Assembly: GCF_009914755.1 (NCBI RefSeq)
Contig: NC_060940.1
Direction: 5' to 3' (one strand)
Origin: the human T2T-CHM13v2.0 reference genome, Homo sapiens
DNA length: 64,000 bases
A program made the translations under genes and the position numbers. The notes under the pieces are model-generated. The model was not told the origin of the DNA. It was given only the letters and a program-made list of their open reading frames with translations, and did no database searches. Below are positions 1 through 13,910 of the stretch, one piece after another; positions within the stretch are counted from its first letter, which is position 1; each line of letters begins with the position of its first letter.

Positions 1-3000
1 TCAATCATTCCATTCGATTCTATTCAATGATGATTCCATTCATGTCGATTTTGTGATTCCATTTGACTTCATTTGATGATGATTCCTTTCAAGTTCATTA
101 GATGTTTCCATTCGATTCCGTTTGATGATGATCCCATTCGAGTCCATTCAGTGATTCCACTCGTTTCCATTCCATGATGATTCCATTCCATTCCATTCAA
201 TGATTCCATTCGATTCCGTTTGATGATGATTTCATTCGAGTCCATTTGATGATTCCATTTGATTCCATTCGATGATGATTCCATTCGAGTCCATTCGATG
301 ATTCTATTCGAATCCATTTGATGATTTCTTTTGATTATAGTTGGTGATGATTCCATTGGAGTCCATTCAATGATTCCATTCGATTCCAATCGATGGTGAT
401 TCCATTAGAGTCCATTTAATGATTCCATTTGATTCCAGTCTCTGATGATTACATTCGAGTCCATACGATGATTCCACTCAATTCCATATGATGATGATTC
501 CATTCGATTCCATTCGATGATTCCATTCTATTCTATTCAATGGTGATTCCATTCGAGTACATTAGATGATTACATTCGATTCCATTCAATGATGATTCTA
601 TTTGTGTCCCTTAGATGATTCCACATGATTCCATTAGATGATGATACTATTTGAGCCCATCCAATGATTCCCTTCGATTCCATTCGATGAGGATTCCATT
701 CGATTCAATTCATTGGTGATTCTATTCAATTCAATTCTTTGATTCCATTCCATTCCATTCGACAATGATTCCATTCGATTTCTTTCGATGATTCCACTCG
801 ATTCCACTTGACATTGATTCCCTTCGATTCCATTCAATGATTCCATTTGATTCCAGTGGATGATGATTGCCATCGATTCCATTCGATCACTCCATTCTAT
901 TCCATTTGATGATGATTACATTCGATTCCATTTGACGATTCCATCTGATTCTATTCGAGGATTCCATTTGATTCCATTCGATGATGATTCCATTCGAGTC
1001 CATTCGATGATTTCATTCGAGTACATCCAATGATTCCATTCGAGTCCATTTGATGATTCCATTTGATTCCATTTGATAATGATTCTACTAGAGTCCATTC
1101 AATGACTCCATTCGAGTCCATTCAACAATTCCATTCGACTCCATTCGATGATTCCATTCGATTCCATTTGATGATTCCATTCGAGTCCATTTAATCATTA
1201 CAGTCGAGTCCATTTGGTGATTCCGCTGGATTTCCTTTGATAATGATATCATTCAATTACATTTGATGATGATCCCATTCAATTTCATTTGATGATGATT
1301 CCATTAGAGTCCATTCGATGATTTTATTCGAGTCCCTTCATTGATTCCATCCGATTTCATTGGATGATGACTCCATTCGAGTCCATTCGATGATTCCACT
1401 TGATTCCATTAGATGATTCCATTGGAGTCCATTTGATTGTTCCATTCGATTCCATTCGATTCCTTTCGAAGATTATTCCATTTGAGTGCATTCGATGATG
1501 ATTCCATTCCATTCCATTCGATGATTCCGTTTGATTCCATTCGATGATTCCCTTCGATTCCTTTCTTTGATGATTCCATTCCATTCCATTCAATGATTCC
1601 ATTCGAATCTATTCCATGATGATTCCTTTCGATTCCATTCGCTGATGTTTCCGTTCAATTCCATTCGATGATGATTCCATTCGATTCCATTCATTGAGGA
1701 TTCCATTTGATTCCATTCAATGATGATTCCATTCTATTCCATTCAATGATTGCATTCAATTCCATTCAATGATTATCCCATTAGAGTAAACTCAACGATT
1801 CCATTCAATACCATTCGATGATGATTCCTTTTGAGTCCATTCAATGATTTCATTCAAGTCCATTTGATGATTCCTTTCAATTCCATTCTATGATGATTCC
1901 ATTCGAGTCCATTCGATGATTCCATTCGATTGCATTCGATGATTCCATTATATTCCATTCAACGAAGATTCCATTCGAGTCCATTCGATGATTCCATTAG
2001 AGTACATTTAATGATTGCTTTGTTTTCAATTCGAAGGTGATTACATTCGATTCCATTCTATGATACCATTCGATTCCATTCAATGATGACTCCACTCAAA
2101 TCCATTGGATGATTCCATTCGTGTCCATTCGGTGATTTCATTAGATTCCATTCGAGGATGATTCCATTCGATTCCATTCGATGATTCCATTCAATTCCAT
2201 TCGATGATGATTCCATTCGAGTCCATATGATCATTCCATTTGATTTCATTCGATGATGATTCTATTCGATTCCATTCGACGATTCCATTCTATTCCATTC
2301 GATGATGATTCCATTCGAGTCCATTCGATGATTCCATTCGAGTCCATTTAATGATTCCATTGGGTTCAATTCAATGATGATTACATTGGATTCCGTTCTA
2401 TGATTCCATTCAATTCCGTTCATTGACAATTTGATTCCATTCGATGATGATTCCATTTGAGTTCATTCGATGATTCTATTCGATTCTCTTCGATGGTGAT
2501 TCAATTCTATTATATTGGATGATTCCATTCGATTCCATTTGATGTTGATTCAATTCGATTCTATTCGATGATGATTCCATTGGATTTCACTTGATGATTC
2601 TATTCGATTCCATTCAATGATGATTCACTTCTCGTCCATTGGATGATTCCATTTCATTCCATTCGATGATGATTCCATTCGATTCCATTCGATGATTCCA
2701 TTTGATTCCATGCGACGGTGAGCAATTCGATTCAATTCCATGATGATTCTATTTGATTCAATTAGATGATGTTTCCATTCGAATCCATTCCATGATTATT
2801 CCATTGGAATCCATTCGGCGATGATTCCATATGAGTCAATTCAATGATGATTCCATATGGGTCCGTTCGATGATAATTCCATTTGATTTCATTCGATGCT
2901 TCTATTCAATTCCAGTCGATGATGATTCCGTTGGAGTCCATACGATGATTCCATTTGATTTCATTTGATGACGATTCCATTCGATGACGATTACATTGGA

Positions 3001-6000
3001 TTCCATTCTATGATTCCATTCAATTCCATTCGTTGATGATTCGATTCCATTCAATGATGATTCCATTTGAGTTCATTCGGTGATTCTATTCGATTCCATT
3101 CTATGGTGATTCAATTCTCTTATATTGGATGATTCGACTCGATTCCATTTGATGATTATTCCATTGGAGTCCACTTAGTGAATCCTTTAGATTCTACTCG
3201 ACGATGATTCCATTCGAGTCCATTCGATGATACCATTCAATTCCATTCGTTGATGCTTCCATTCAAGTGCATTCGATGATATCATTCGATTCCATTTGAG
3301 GATAATTCCATTTGATTCCATGCGATGATTCTATTCGATTCCATTCAATGATAATTCCATTCAATTCAGTGATTCCTCTGGACTCCATTTGATGATGATT
3401 CCATTCAATGATTCCATTCGATTCTATTCGAAAATGATTACATTTGAATCCATTTGATGACGATTCCATTCCATTCCATTTGATGATTCCATACTATTCT
3501 ATTCGATGATGATTCCATTCGATTCCATTCGATGATGATTGGATTCTATTCCATTTGATGATTTCATTTGATTCCATTCGTTAATGATTTCGATCAATTC
3601 CATTCGATGATTCCATTCGATTCCATTCGATAATGATTACATCCGAGTCCATTCGATGATTCCATTTGAGCCTGTTCGATAATTCCATTTGAGTCCAACC
3701 AATGATTCCATTCATTTCCATTCAATGATTCCATTCGAGTCCATTTGATCATTCCGGTAGGGTCCATTCGATGTTGATTCCATTGGAGTGCATTCGATGA
3801 TTCCATTCGAGTCCATTTTAGGATTTGATTCGAGTCCTTTCGATGATTCCATTCGATTCCACTCGATGATGATTTCATTCGAGTCCATTCGACACTTCCA
3901 ATCGATTCCATTTGATGATTCCATTCGAGTCCAATTGATGATTCCATTCAATTCCATTCGATGATGATTCCGTACGATTCCATTCTGTGATGATTCCATG
4001 TGATTGCATTCAATGATGATTCCTTTCGATTGCATTCGATTATGATTCATTTCGTGTTCATTCTATGGTTCCACAGGTTTCCATTCGTGTCCATTCCATT
4101 ATTCCATTCTATTCCATTTGATGATGATTCCATTCGATTCCATTCATTGGTGATTCCACTCAATTCCATTCAATGATTCCATTCCATTTCTTTCAACAAT
4201 GATTCCATTAGTTTCTAATCGATGATCCACTTGATTCCATTTGACGACGATTCCATTCTTGTCCATTCGATGATTCCATTTGATTCCATATGATGATGAT
4301 TCCATTCGATTCCATACCATGATGATTCCATTCGAGTCCATTCAATGGTGATTCCATTCAATTCCATTCGATGATTCCTTTCGATTCCATTCGATGATGA
4401 TGGCATTCGATTCCTTTCAATCATTCCCTTTGATTCCATTCAAAGGTGATTTCATTCAAGTCCATTCGATAATTGCATTCGATTCCATTCTATGATGATT
4501 CCATTCGAGTCCATTTGATGATTCCATTCAATTCAAGTCAATGATGATTCCATTCGATTCCATTCGATGATTCCATTGGATTCCATTCGATGATGATTCC
4601 ATTCAAATCCATTCGATAATTCAATTCAAGTCCATTCGATGATGATTCCAATCGAATCCATTCAAAGATTCCATTCAGTTCCATTCGATGATTCCCTTGG
4701 ATTCCATTCGATGATTCCACTTGATTGCATTTACGATGATTCCATTCGATTCCATGTGATGATTCCATTCAATTCTATTCAATGATGTCTCCATTTGATT
4801 CCATTCGACCATGATTGCCTTTGATTCCATTCAATGATTCCATTCGGTTCCGTTTGATGATGATTCCGTTCGATTCCATTTGATGATTCCATTTGATTCC
4901 ATTGGATGAGTCCATTCGATTACATTCGATGATTATTCCATTCGAGTGCATTAGATGATTCCATTCGAGTCCATTCGATGATTCCATTCGATTCCATTCG
5001 ATGTTGATTCTGTTCAAATCCATTCGATGATTCCACTCGATTCCATTCGTTGACTCCATTTGATCCCATTCGATGATTTCCTTTGATTCCCTTTGATGAT
5101 CATTCCATTTGATTCAATTCGGTGATTTCATTTGATTCCATTCAGTGATGTTTCCATTCGACTCCATTCGATGATGATTCCATTCGACTCCATTCGATTA
5201 TGATTTCATTCAATTCCATTCGATAATGATTCCCTTCGAGTCCATTCGATGATTCCATTCGATTCCATTCAACGATGATTTGATTCGTGTCCATTCGATG
5301 ATTCCATTTGATTCCACTTGATGATGATTCCATTCGAGTCCATTTGATGATTCCATTCAATTCCATACTCCGATGATTTCTTTTGAGCCCACTCAATGCT
5401 TCCACTCGATTCCATATGATGATGACTCCATTCGATGAAATTCGATGATGATTCCATTCGCTTGCTTTCGATGATGATTCCACTTGAGTCCGTTAGAAGA
5501 TTCTATTCAATTACATTCCAGGACGATTCCGTTCGAGTCCATTTGATGATTCCATTAGACTCCATTCGACGATGATTCCATTCGATGTTATTCGATGATT
5601 CCATTCGATCTCATTCGATGATGATTCCATTCAACTCCATTCGATGTTTCCATTCGAGTTCATTCTATTATTCCATTAGATTCCATTCGATGATGATTCC
5701 ATTCGATTCCATTTGATGATTGCATTCTATTTCATTTGATGATGATTCCATTCGAGTCCACTCGATGATTCCATTCGAGTCCATTTAATGAATCCATTGG
5801 TTTCAATTCTATGATGATTACATTGGATTCCATTCGTTGATGATTTCATTCAGTTCCATTCAATGATGATTCCATTCAATTCCTTTCAATGTTTCCATTC
5901 AATTCCATAGGATGATGATTCCATTTGATTTGATTCGACAGTGAGCCATTCGATTCAATTTCATGATGATTCTATTTATTCAATTGGTTGACATTTCCAT

Positions 6001-6062
6001 TCGATTCCATTCGATGATGATTCCCTTTGATTCCATTCAAAGATGATTCCATTCTAGCCCAT
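1..6062 (+). repeat. Higher-order unit 1 (6062 bp; 49 bp + 1 bp shorter than the 6112-bp consensus; most diverged copy)
   Basis: TCAATCATTCC landmark at 1 and 6063. ORF-track offsets to unit 2 go 6062 -> 6111 -> 6112. Confidence 0.9.
2754..2764 (-). promoter_or_regulatory. DUX4-consensus double-homeodomain site (TAATTGAATCA on the minus strand), present in each full unit
   Basis: + strand TGATTCAATTA; the reverse complement fits TAAYBBAATCA. This is a motif match only. DUX4 binding to HSATII is known, but occupancy here is not shown. Confidence 0.5.
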
Positions 6063-9000
6063 TCAATCATTCCATTCGATTCTATTCAATGATGATTCCA
6101 TTCATGTCGATTTGGTGATTCCATTTGACTTCATTTGATGATGATTCCTTTCAAGTTCATTAGATGATTCCATTCGATTCCATTTGATGATGATCCCATT
6201 CGAGTCCATTCAGTGATTCCATTCGTTTCCATTCCATGATGATTCCATTCCTTTCCATTCAATGATTCCATTCGATTCCGTTTGATGATGATTTCATTCG
6301 AGTCCATTTGATGATTCCATTTGATTCCATTCGATGGTGATTCCATTCGAGTCCATTCGATGATTCTATTCGAATCCATTTGATGATTTCTTTTGATTAT
6401 ATTTGGTGATGATTCCATTGGAGTCCATTCAATGATTCCATTCTATTCCAATCGATGATGATTCCATTAGAGTCCATTTAATGATTCCATTTGATTCCAG
6501 TCTCTGATGATTACATTCGAGTCCATACGATGATTCCACTCAATTCCATATGATGATGATTCCATTTGATTCCATTCGGTGATTCCATTCTATTCTATTC
6601 AATGGTGATTCCATTCGAGTACATTAGATGATTCCATTCGATTCCATTCAATGATGATTCTATTTGTGTCCCTTAGATGATTCCACATGATTCCATTACA
6701 TGATGATACTATTTGAGCCCATCCAATGATTCCCTTCGATTCCATTCGATGAGGATTCCATTCGATTCAATTCATTGGTGATTCTATTCAATTCAATTCT
6801 TTGATTCCATTCCATTCCATTCGACAATGATTCCATTCGATTTCTTTCGATGATTCCACTCGATTCCACTTGACATTGATTCCATTCGATTCCATTCAAT
6901 GATTCCATTTGATTCCAGTGGATGATGATTGCCATCGATTCCATTCGATCACTCCATTCTATTCCATTTGATGATGATTACATTCGATTCCATTCGATGA
7001 TTCCATCTGATTCTATTCGAGGATTCCATTTGATTCCATTCGATGATGATTCCATTCGAGTCCATTCGATGATTTCATTCGAGTACATCCAATGATTCCA
7101 TTCGAGTCCATTTGATGATTCCATTTGATTCCATTTGATAATGATTCTACTAGAGTCCATTCAATGACTCCATTCGAGTCCATTCAACAATTCCATTCGA
7201 CTCCATTCGATGATTCCATTCGATTCCATTTGATGATTCCATTCGAGTCCATTTAATCATTACAGTCGAGTCCATTTGGTGATTCCGCTGGATTTCCTTT
7301 GATAATGATATCATTCAATTACATTTGATGATGATCCCATTCAATTTCATTTGATGATGATTCCATTAGAGTCCATTCGATGATTTTATTCGAGTCCCTT
7401 CATTGATTCCATCCGATTTCATTGGATGATGACTCCATTCGAGTCCATTCGATGATTCCACTTGATTCCATTAGATGATTCCATTGGAGTCCATTTGATT
7501 GTTCCATTCGATTCCATTCGATTCCTTTCGAAGATTATTCCATTTGAGTCCATTCGATGATGATTCCATTCCATTCCATTCGATGATTCCGTTTGATTCC
7601 ATTCGATGATTCCCTTCGATTCCTTTCTTTGATGATTCCATTGCATTCCATTCAATGATTCCATTCGAATCTATTCCATGATGATTCCTTTCGATTCCAT
7701 TCGCTGATGTTTCCGTTCAATTCCATTCGATGATGATTCCATTCGATTCCATTCATTGAGGATTCCATTTGATTCCATTCAATGATGATTCCATTCTATT
7801 CCATTCAATGATTGCATTCAATTCCATTCAATGATTATCCCCTTAGAGTAAACTCAACGATTCCATTCAATACCATTCGATGATGATTCCTTTTGAGTCC
7901 ATTCAATGATTTCATTCAAGTCCATTTGATGATTCCTTTCAATTCCATTCTATGATGATTCCATTCGAGTCCATTCGATGATTCCATTCGATTGCATTCG
8001 ATGATTCCATTATATTCCATTCAACGGTGATTCCATTCGAGTCCATTCCATGATTCCATTAGAGTACATTTAATGATTGCTTTGTTTTCAATTCGAAGAT
8101 GATTACATTGGATTCCATTCTATGATACCATTCGATTCCATTCAATGATGATTCCACTCAAATCCATTGGATGATTCCATTCGTGTCCATTCGGTGATTT
8201 CATTAGATTCCATTCGAGGATGATTCCATTCGATTCCATTCGATGATTCCATTCAATTCCATTCGATGATGATTCCATTCCAGTCCATATGATCATTCCA
8301 TTTGATTTCATTCGATGATGATTCCATTCGATTCCTTTCGACGATTCCATTCTATTCCATTCGATGATGATTCCATTCGAGTCCATTCGATGATTCCATT
8401 CGAGTCCATTTAATGATTCCATTGGGTTCAATTCAATGATGATTACATTGGATTCCGTTCTATGATTCCATTCAATTCCGTTCATTGACAATTTGATTCC
8501 ATTCGATGATGATTCCATTTGAGTTCATTCGATGATTCTATTCGATTCTCTTCGATGGTGATTCAATTCTATTATATTGGATGATTCCATTCGATTCCAT
8601 TTGATGTTGATTCAATTCGATTCTATTCGATGATGATTCCATTGGATTTCACTTGATGATTCTATTCGATTCCATTCAATGATGATTCACTTCTCGTCCA
8701 TTGGATGATTCCATTTCATTCCATTCGATGATGATTCCATTCGATTCCATTCGATGATTCCATTTGATTCCATGCGACGGTGAGCAATTCGATTCAATTC
8801 CATGATGATTCTATTTGATTCAATTAGATGATGTTTCCATTCGAATCCATTCCATGATTATTCCATTGGAATCCATTCGGCGATGATTCCATATGAGTCA
8901 ATTCAATGATGATTCCATATGGGTCCGTTCGATGATAATTCCATTTGATTTCATTCGATGCTTCTATTCTATTCCAGTCGATGATGATTCCGTTGGAGTC

Positions 9001-12000
9001 CATACGATGATTCCATTTGATTTCATTTGATGATGATTCCATTCGATGACGATTACATTGGATTCCATTCTATGATTCCATTCAATTCCATTCGTTGATG
9101 ATTCGATTCCATTCAATGATGATTCCATTTGAGTTCATTCGATGATTCTATTCGATTCCGTTCGATGGTGATTCAATTCTATTATATTGGATGATTCCAC
9201 TCGATTCCATTTGATGATTATTCCATTGGAGTCCACTTAGTGAATCCTTTAGATTCTACTCGACGATGATTCCATTCGAGTCCATTCGATGATACCATTC
9301 AATTCCATTCGTTGATGCTTCCATTCAAGTGCATTCGATGATATCATTCGATTCCATTTGATGATAATTCCATTTGATTCCATGCGATGATTCTATTCGA
9401 TTCCATTCAATGATAATTCCATTCAATTCAGTGATTCCTCTGGACTCCATTTGATGATGATTCCATTCAATGATTCCATTCGATTCTATTCGAAAATGAT
9501 TCCATTTGAATCCATTTGATGATGATTCCATTAGATTCCATTTGATGATTCCATTCGATTCCATTCGACGATGATTCCATTCGATTCCTTTTGATGATTC
9601 CATTCTATTCTATTCGATGATGATTCCATTCGATTCCATTCGATGATGATTGGATTCGATTCCATTTGATGATTTCATTTGATTCCATTCGTTAATGATT
9701 TCGATCAATTCCATTCGATGATTCCATTCGATTCCATTCGATAATGATTACATCCGAGTCCATTCGATGATTCCCTTTGAGCCTGTTCGATAATTCCATT
9801 TGAGTCCAACCAATGATTCCATTCATTTCCATTCAATGATTCCATTCGAGTCCATTTGATCATTCCGGTAGGGTCCATTCGATGTTGATTCCATTGGAGT
9901 GCATTCGATGATTCCATTCGAGTCCATTTTAGGATTTGATTCGAGTCCTTTCGATGATTCCATTCGATTCCACTCGATGATGATTTCATTCGAGTCCATT
10001 CGACACTTCCAATCGATTCCATTTGATGATTCCATTCGAGTCCAATTGATGATTCCATTCAATTCCATTCGATGATGATTCCGTACGATTCCATTCTGTG
10101 ATGATTCCATGTGATTGCATTCAATGATGATTCCTTTCGATTGCATTCGATTATGATTCATTTCGTGTTCATTCTATGGTTCCACAGGTTTCCATTCGTG
10201 TCCATTCCATTATTCCATTCTATTCCATTTGATGATGATTCCATTCGATTCCATTCATTGGTGATTCCACTCAATTCCATTCAATGATTCCATTCCATTT
10301 CTTTCAACAATGATTCCATTAGTTTCTAATCGATGATCCACTTGATTCCATTTGACGACGATTCCATTCTTGTCCATTCGATGATTCCATTTGATTCCAT
10401 ATGATGATGATTCCATTCGATTCCATACCATGATGATTCCATTCGAGTCCATTCAATGGTGATTCCATTCAATTCCATTCGATGATTCCTTTCGATTCCA
10501 TTCGATGATGATGGCATTCGATTCCTTTCAATCATTCCCTTTGATTCCATTCCGAGGTGATTTCATTCAAGTCCATTCGATAATTGCATTCGATTCCATT
10601 CTATGATGATTCCATTCGAGTCCATTTGATGATTCCATTCAATTCAAGTCAATGATGATTCCATTCGATTCCATTCGATGATTCCATTGGATTCCATTCG
10701 ATGATGATTCCATTCAAATCCATTCGATAATTCAATTCAAGTCCATTCGATGATGATTCCAATCGAATCCATTCAAAGATTCCATTCAGTTCCATTCGAT
10801 GATTCCCTTAGATTCCATTCGATGATTCCACTTGATTGCATTTACGATGATTCCATTCGATTCCATGTGTTGATTCCATTCAATTCTATTCAATGATGTC
10901 TCCATTTGATTCCATTCGACCATGATTGCCTTTGATTCCATTCAATGATTCCATTCGGTTCCGTTTGATGATGATTCCGTTCGATTCCATTTGATGATTC
11001 CATTTGATTCCATTGGATGAGTCCATTCGATTACATTCGATGATTATTCCATTCGAGTGCATTAGATGATTCCATTCGAGTCCATTCGATGATTCCATTC
11101 GATTCCATTCGATGTTGATTCTGTTCAAATCCATTCGATGATTCCACTCGATTCCATTCGTTGACTCCATTTGATCCCATTCGATGATTTCCTTTGATTC
11201 CCTTTGATGATCATTCCATTTGATTCAATTCGGTGATTTCATTTGATTCCATTCAGTGATGTTTCCATTCGACTCCATTCGATGATGATTCCATTCGACT
11301 CCATTCGATTATGATTTCATTCAATTCCATTCGATAATGATTCCCTTCGAGTCCATTCGATGATTCCATTCGATTCCATTCAACGATGATTTGATTCGTG
11401 TCCATTCGATGATTCCATTTGATTCCACTTGATGATGATTCCATTCGAGTCCATTTGATGATTCCATTCAATTCCATACTCCGATGATTTCTTTTGAGCC
11501 CACTCAATGCTTCCACTCGATTCCATATGATGATGACTCCATTCGATGAAATTCGATGATGATTCCATTCGCTTGCTTTCGATGATGATTCCACTTGAGT
11601 CCGTTAGAAGATTCTATTCAATTACATTCCATGACGATTCCGTTCGAGTCCATTTGATGATTCCATTAGACTCCATTCGACGATGATTCCATTCGATGTT
11701 ATTCGATGATTCCATTCGATCTCATTCGATGATGATTCCATTCAACTCCATTCGATGTTTCCATTCGAGTTCATTCTATTATTCCATTAGATTCCATTCG
11801 ATGATGATTCCATTCGATTCCATTTGATGATTGCATTCTATTTCATTTGATGATGATTCCATTCGAGTCCACTTGATGATTCCATTCGAGTCCATTTAAT
11901 GAATCCATTGGTTTCAATTCTATGATGATTACATTGGATTCCATTCGTTGATGATTTCATTCGGTTCCATTCAATGATGATTCCATTCAATTCCTTTCAA

Positions 12001-12174
12001 TGTTTCCATTCAATTCCATACGATGATGATTCCATTTGATTTGATTCGACAGTGAGCCATTCGATTCAATTCCATGATGATTCTATTTGATTCAATTGGT
12101 TGACATTTCCATTCGATTCCATTCGATGATGATTCCCTTTGATTCCGTTCAAAGATGATTCCATTCTAGCCCAT
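6063..12174 (+). repeat. Higher-order unit 2 (6112 bp)
   Basis: Landmark ORF at 6131 and 12243, offset 6112. Confidence 0.9.
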
Positions 12175-12690
12175 TCAATCATTCCATTCGATTCTATTCA
12201 ATGATGATTCCATTCATGTCGATTTGGTGATTCCATTTGACTTCATTTGATGATGATTCCTTTCAAGTTCATTAGATGATTCCATTCGATTCCATTTGAT
12301 GATGATCCCATTCGAGTCCATTCAGTGATTACATTCGTTTCCATTCCATGATGATTCCATTCCTTTCCATTCAATGATTCCATTCGATTCCGTTTGATGA
12401 TGATTTCATTCGAGTCCATTTGATGATTCCATTTGATTCCATTCGATGATGATTCCATTCGAGTCCATTCGATGATTCTATTCGAATCCATTTGATGATT
12501 TCTTTTGATTATATTTGGTGATGATTCCATTGGAGTCCATTCAATGATTCCATTCTATTCCAATCGATGATGATTCCATTAGAGTCCATTTAATGATTCC
12601 ATTTGATTCCAGTCTCTGATGATTACATTCGAGTCCATACGATGATTCCACTCAATTCCATATGATGATGATTCCATTTGATTCCATTCG

Positions 12691-12742
12691 GTGATTCCAT
12701 TCTATTCTAATCAATGGTGATTCCATTCTATTCTATTCAATG
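12691..12742 (+). repeat. 26-bp monomer tandem duplication (unit 3)
   Basis: GTGATTCCATTCTATTCTA(A/T)TCAATG occurs twice here and once in most units. Confidence 0.9.
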
Positions 12743-13910
12743 GTGATTCCATTGGAGTACATTAGATGATTCCATTCGATTCCATTCAATGATGATTCTA
12801 TTTGTGTCCCTTAGATGATTCCACATGATTCCATTAGATGATGATACTATTTGAGCCCATCCAATGATTCCCTTCGATTCCATTCGATGAGGATTCCATT
12901 CGATTCAATTCATTGGTGATTCTATTCAATTCAATTCTTTGATTCCATTCCATTCCATTCGACAATGATTCCATTCGATTTCTTTCGATGATTCCACTCG
13001 ATTCCACTTGACATTGATTCCATTCGATTCCATTCAATGATTCCATTTGATTCCAGTGGATGATGATTGCCATCGATTCCATTCGATCACTCCATTCTAT
13101 TCCATTTGATGATGATTACATTCGATTCCATTTGATGATTCCATCTGATTCTATTCGAGGATTCCATTTGATTCCATTCGATGATGATTCCATTCGAGTC
13201 CATTCGATGATTTCATTCGAGTACATCCAATGATTCCATTCGAGTCCATTAGATGATTCCATTTGATTCCATTTGAAAATGATTCTACTAGAGTCCATTC
13301 AATGACTCCATTCGAGTCCATTCAACAATTCCATTCGACTCCATTCGATGATTCCATTCGATTCCATTTGCTGGTTCCATTCGCGTCCATTTAATCATTA
13401 CAGTCGAGTCCGTTTGGTGATTCCACTGGATTTCTTTTGATAATGATACCATTCAATTACATTTGATGATGATCCCATTCAATTTCATTTGATGATGATT
13501 CCATTAGAGTCCATTCGATGATTTCATTCGAGTCCCTTCATTGATTCCATCCGATTTCATTGGATGATGACTCCATTCGAGTCCATTCGATGATTCCACT
13601 CGATTCCATTAGATGACTCCATTGGAGTCCATTTGATTGTTCCATTCGATTCCATTCGATTCCTTTCGAAGATTATTCCATTTGAGTCCATTCGATGATG
13701 ATTCCATTCTATTCCATTCGATGATTCCGTTTGATTCCATTCGATGATTCCCTTCGATTCCTTTCTTTGATGATTCCATTCCATTCCATTCAATGATTCC
13801 ATTCGAATCTATTCCATGATGATTCCTTTCGATTCCATTCGCTGATGTTTCCGTTCAATTCCATTCGATGATGATTCCATTCGATTCCATTCATTGAGGA
13901 TTCCATTTGA

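Noticed and set aside
1784-1793. GAGTAAACTC mini inverted repeat, plus many TCGA/TTCGAA palindromes
   Set aside because: The stems are too short for stable structure and are expected from the monomer sequence.
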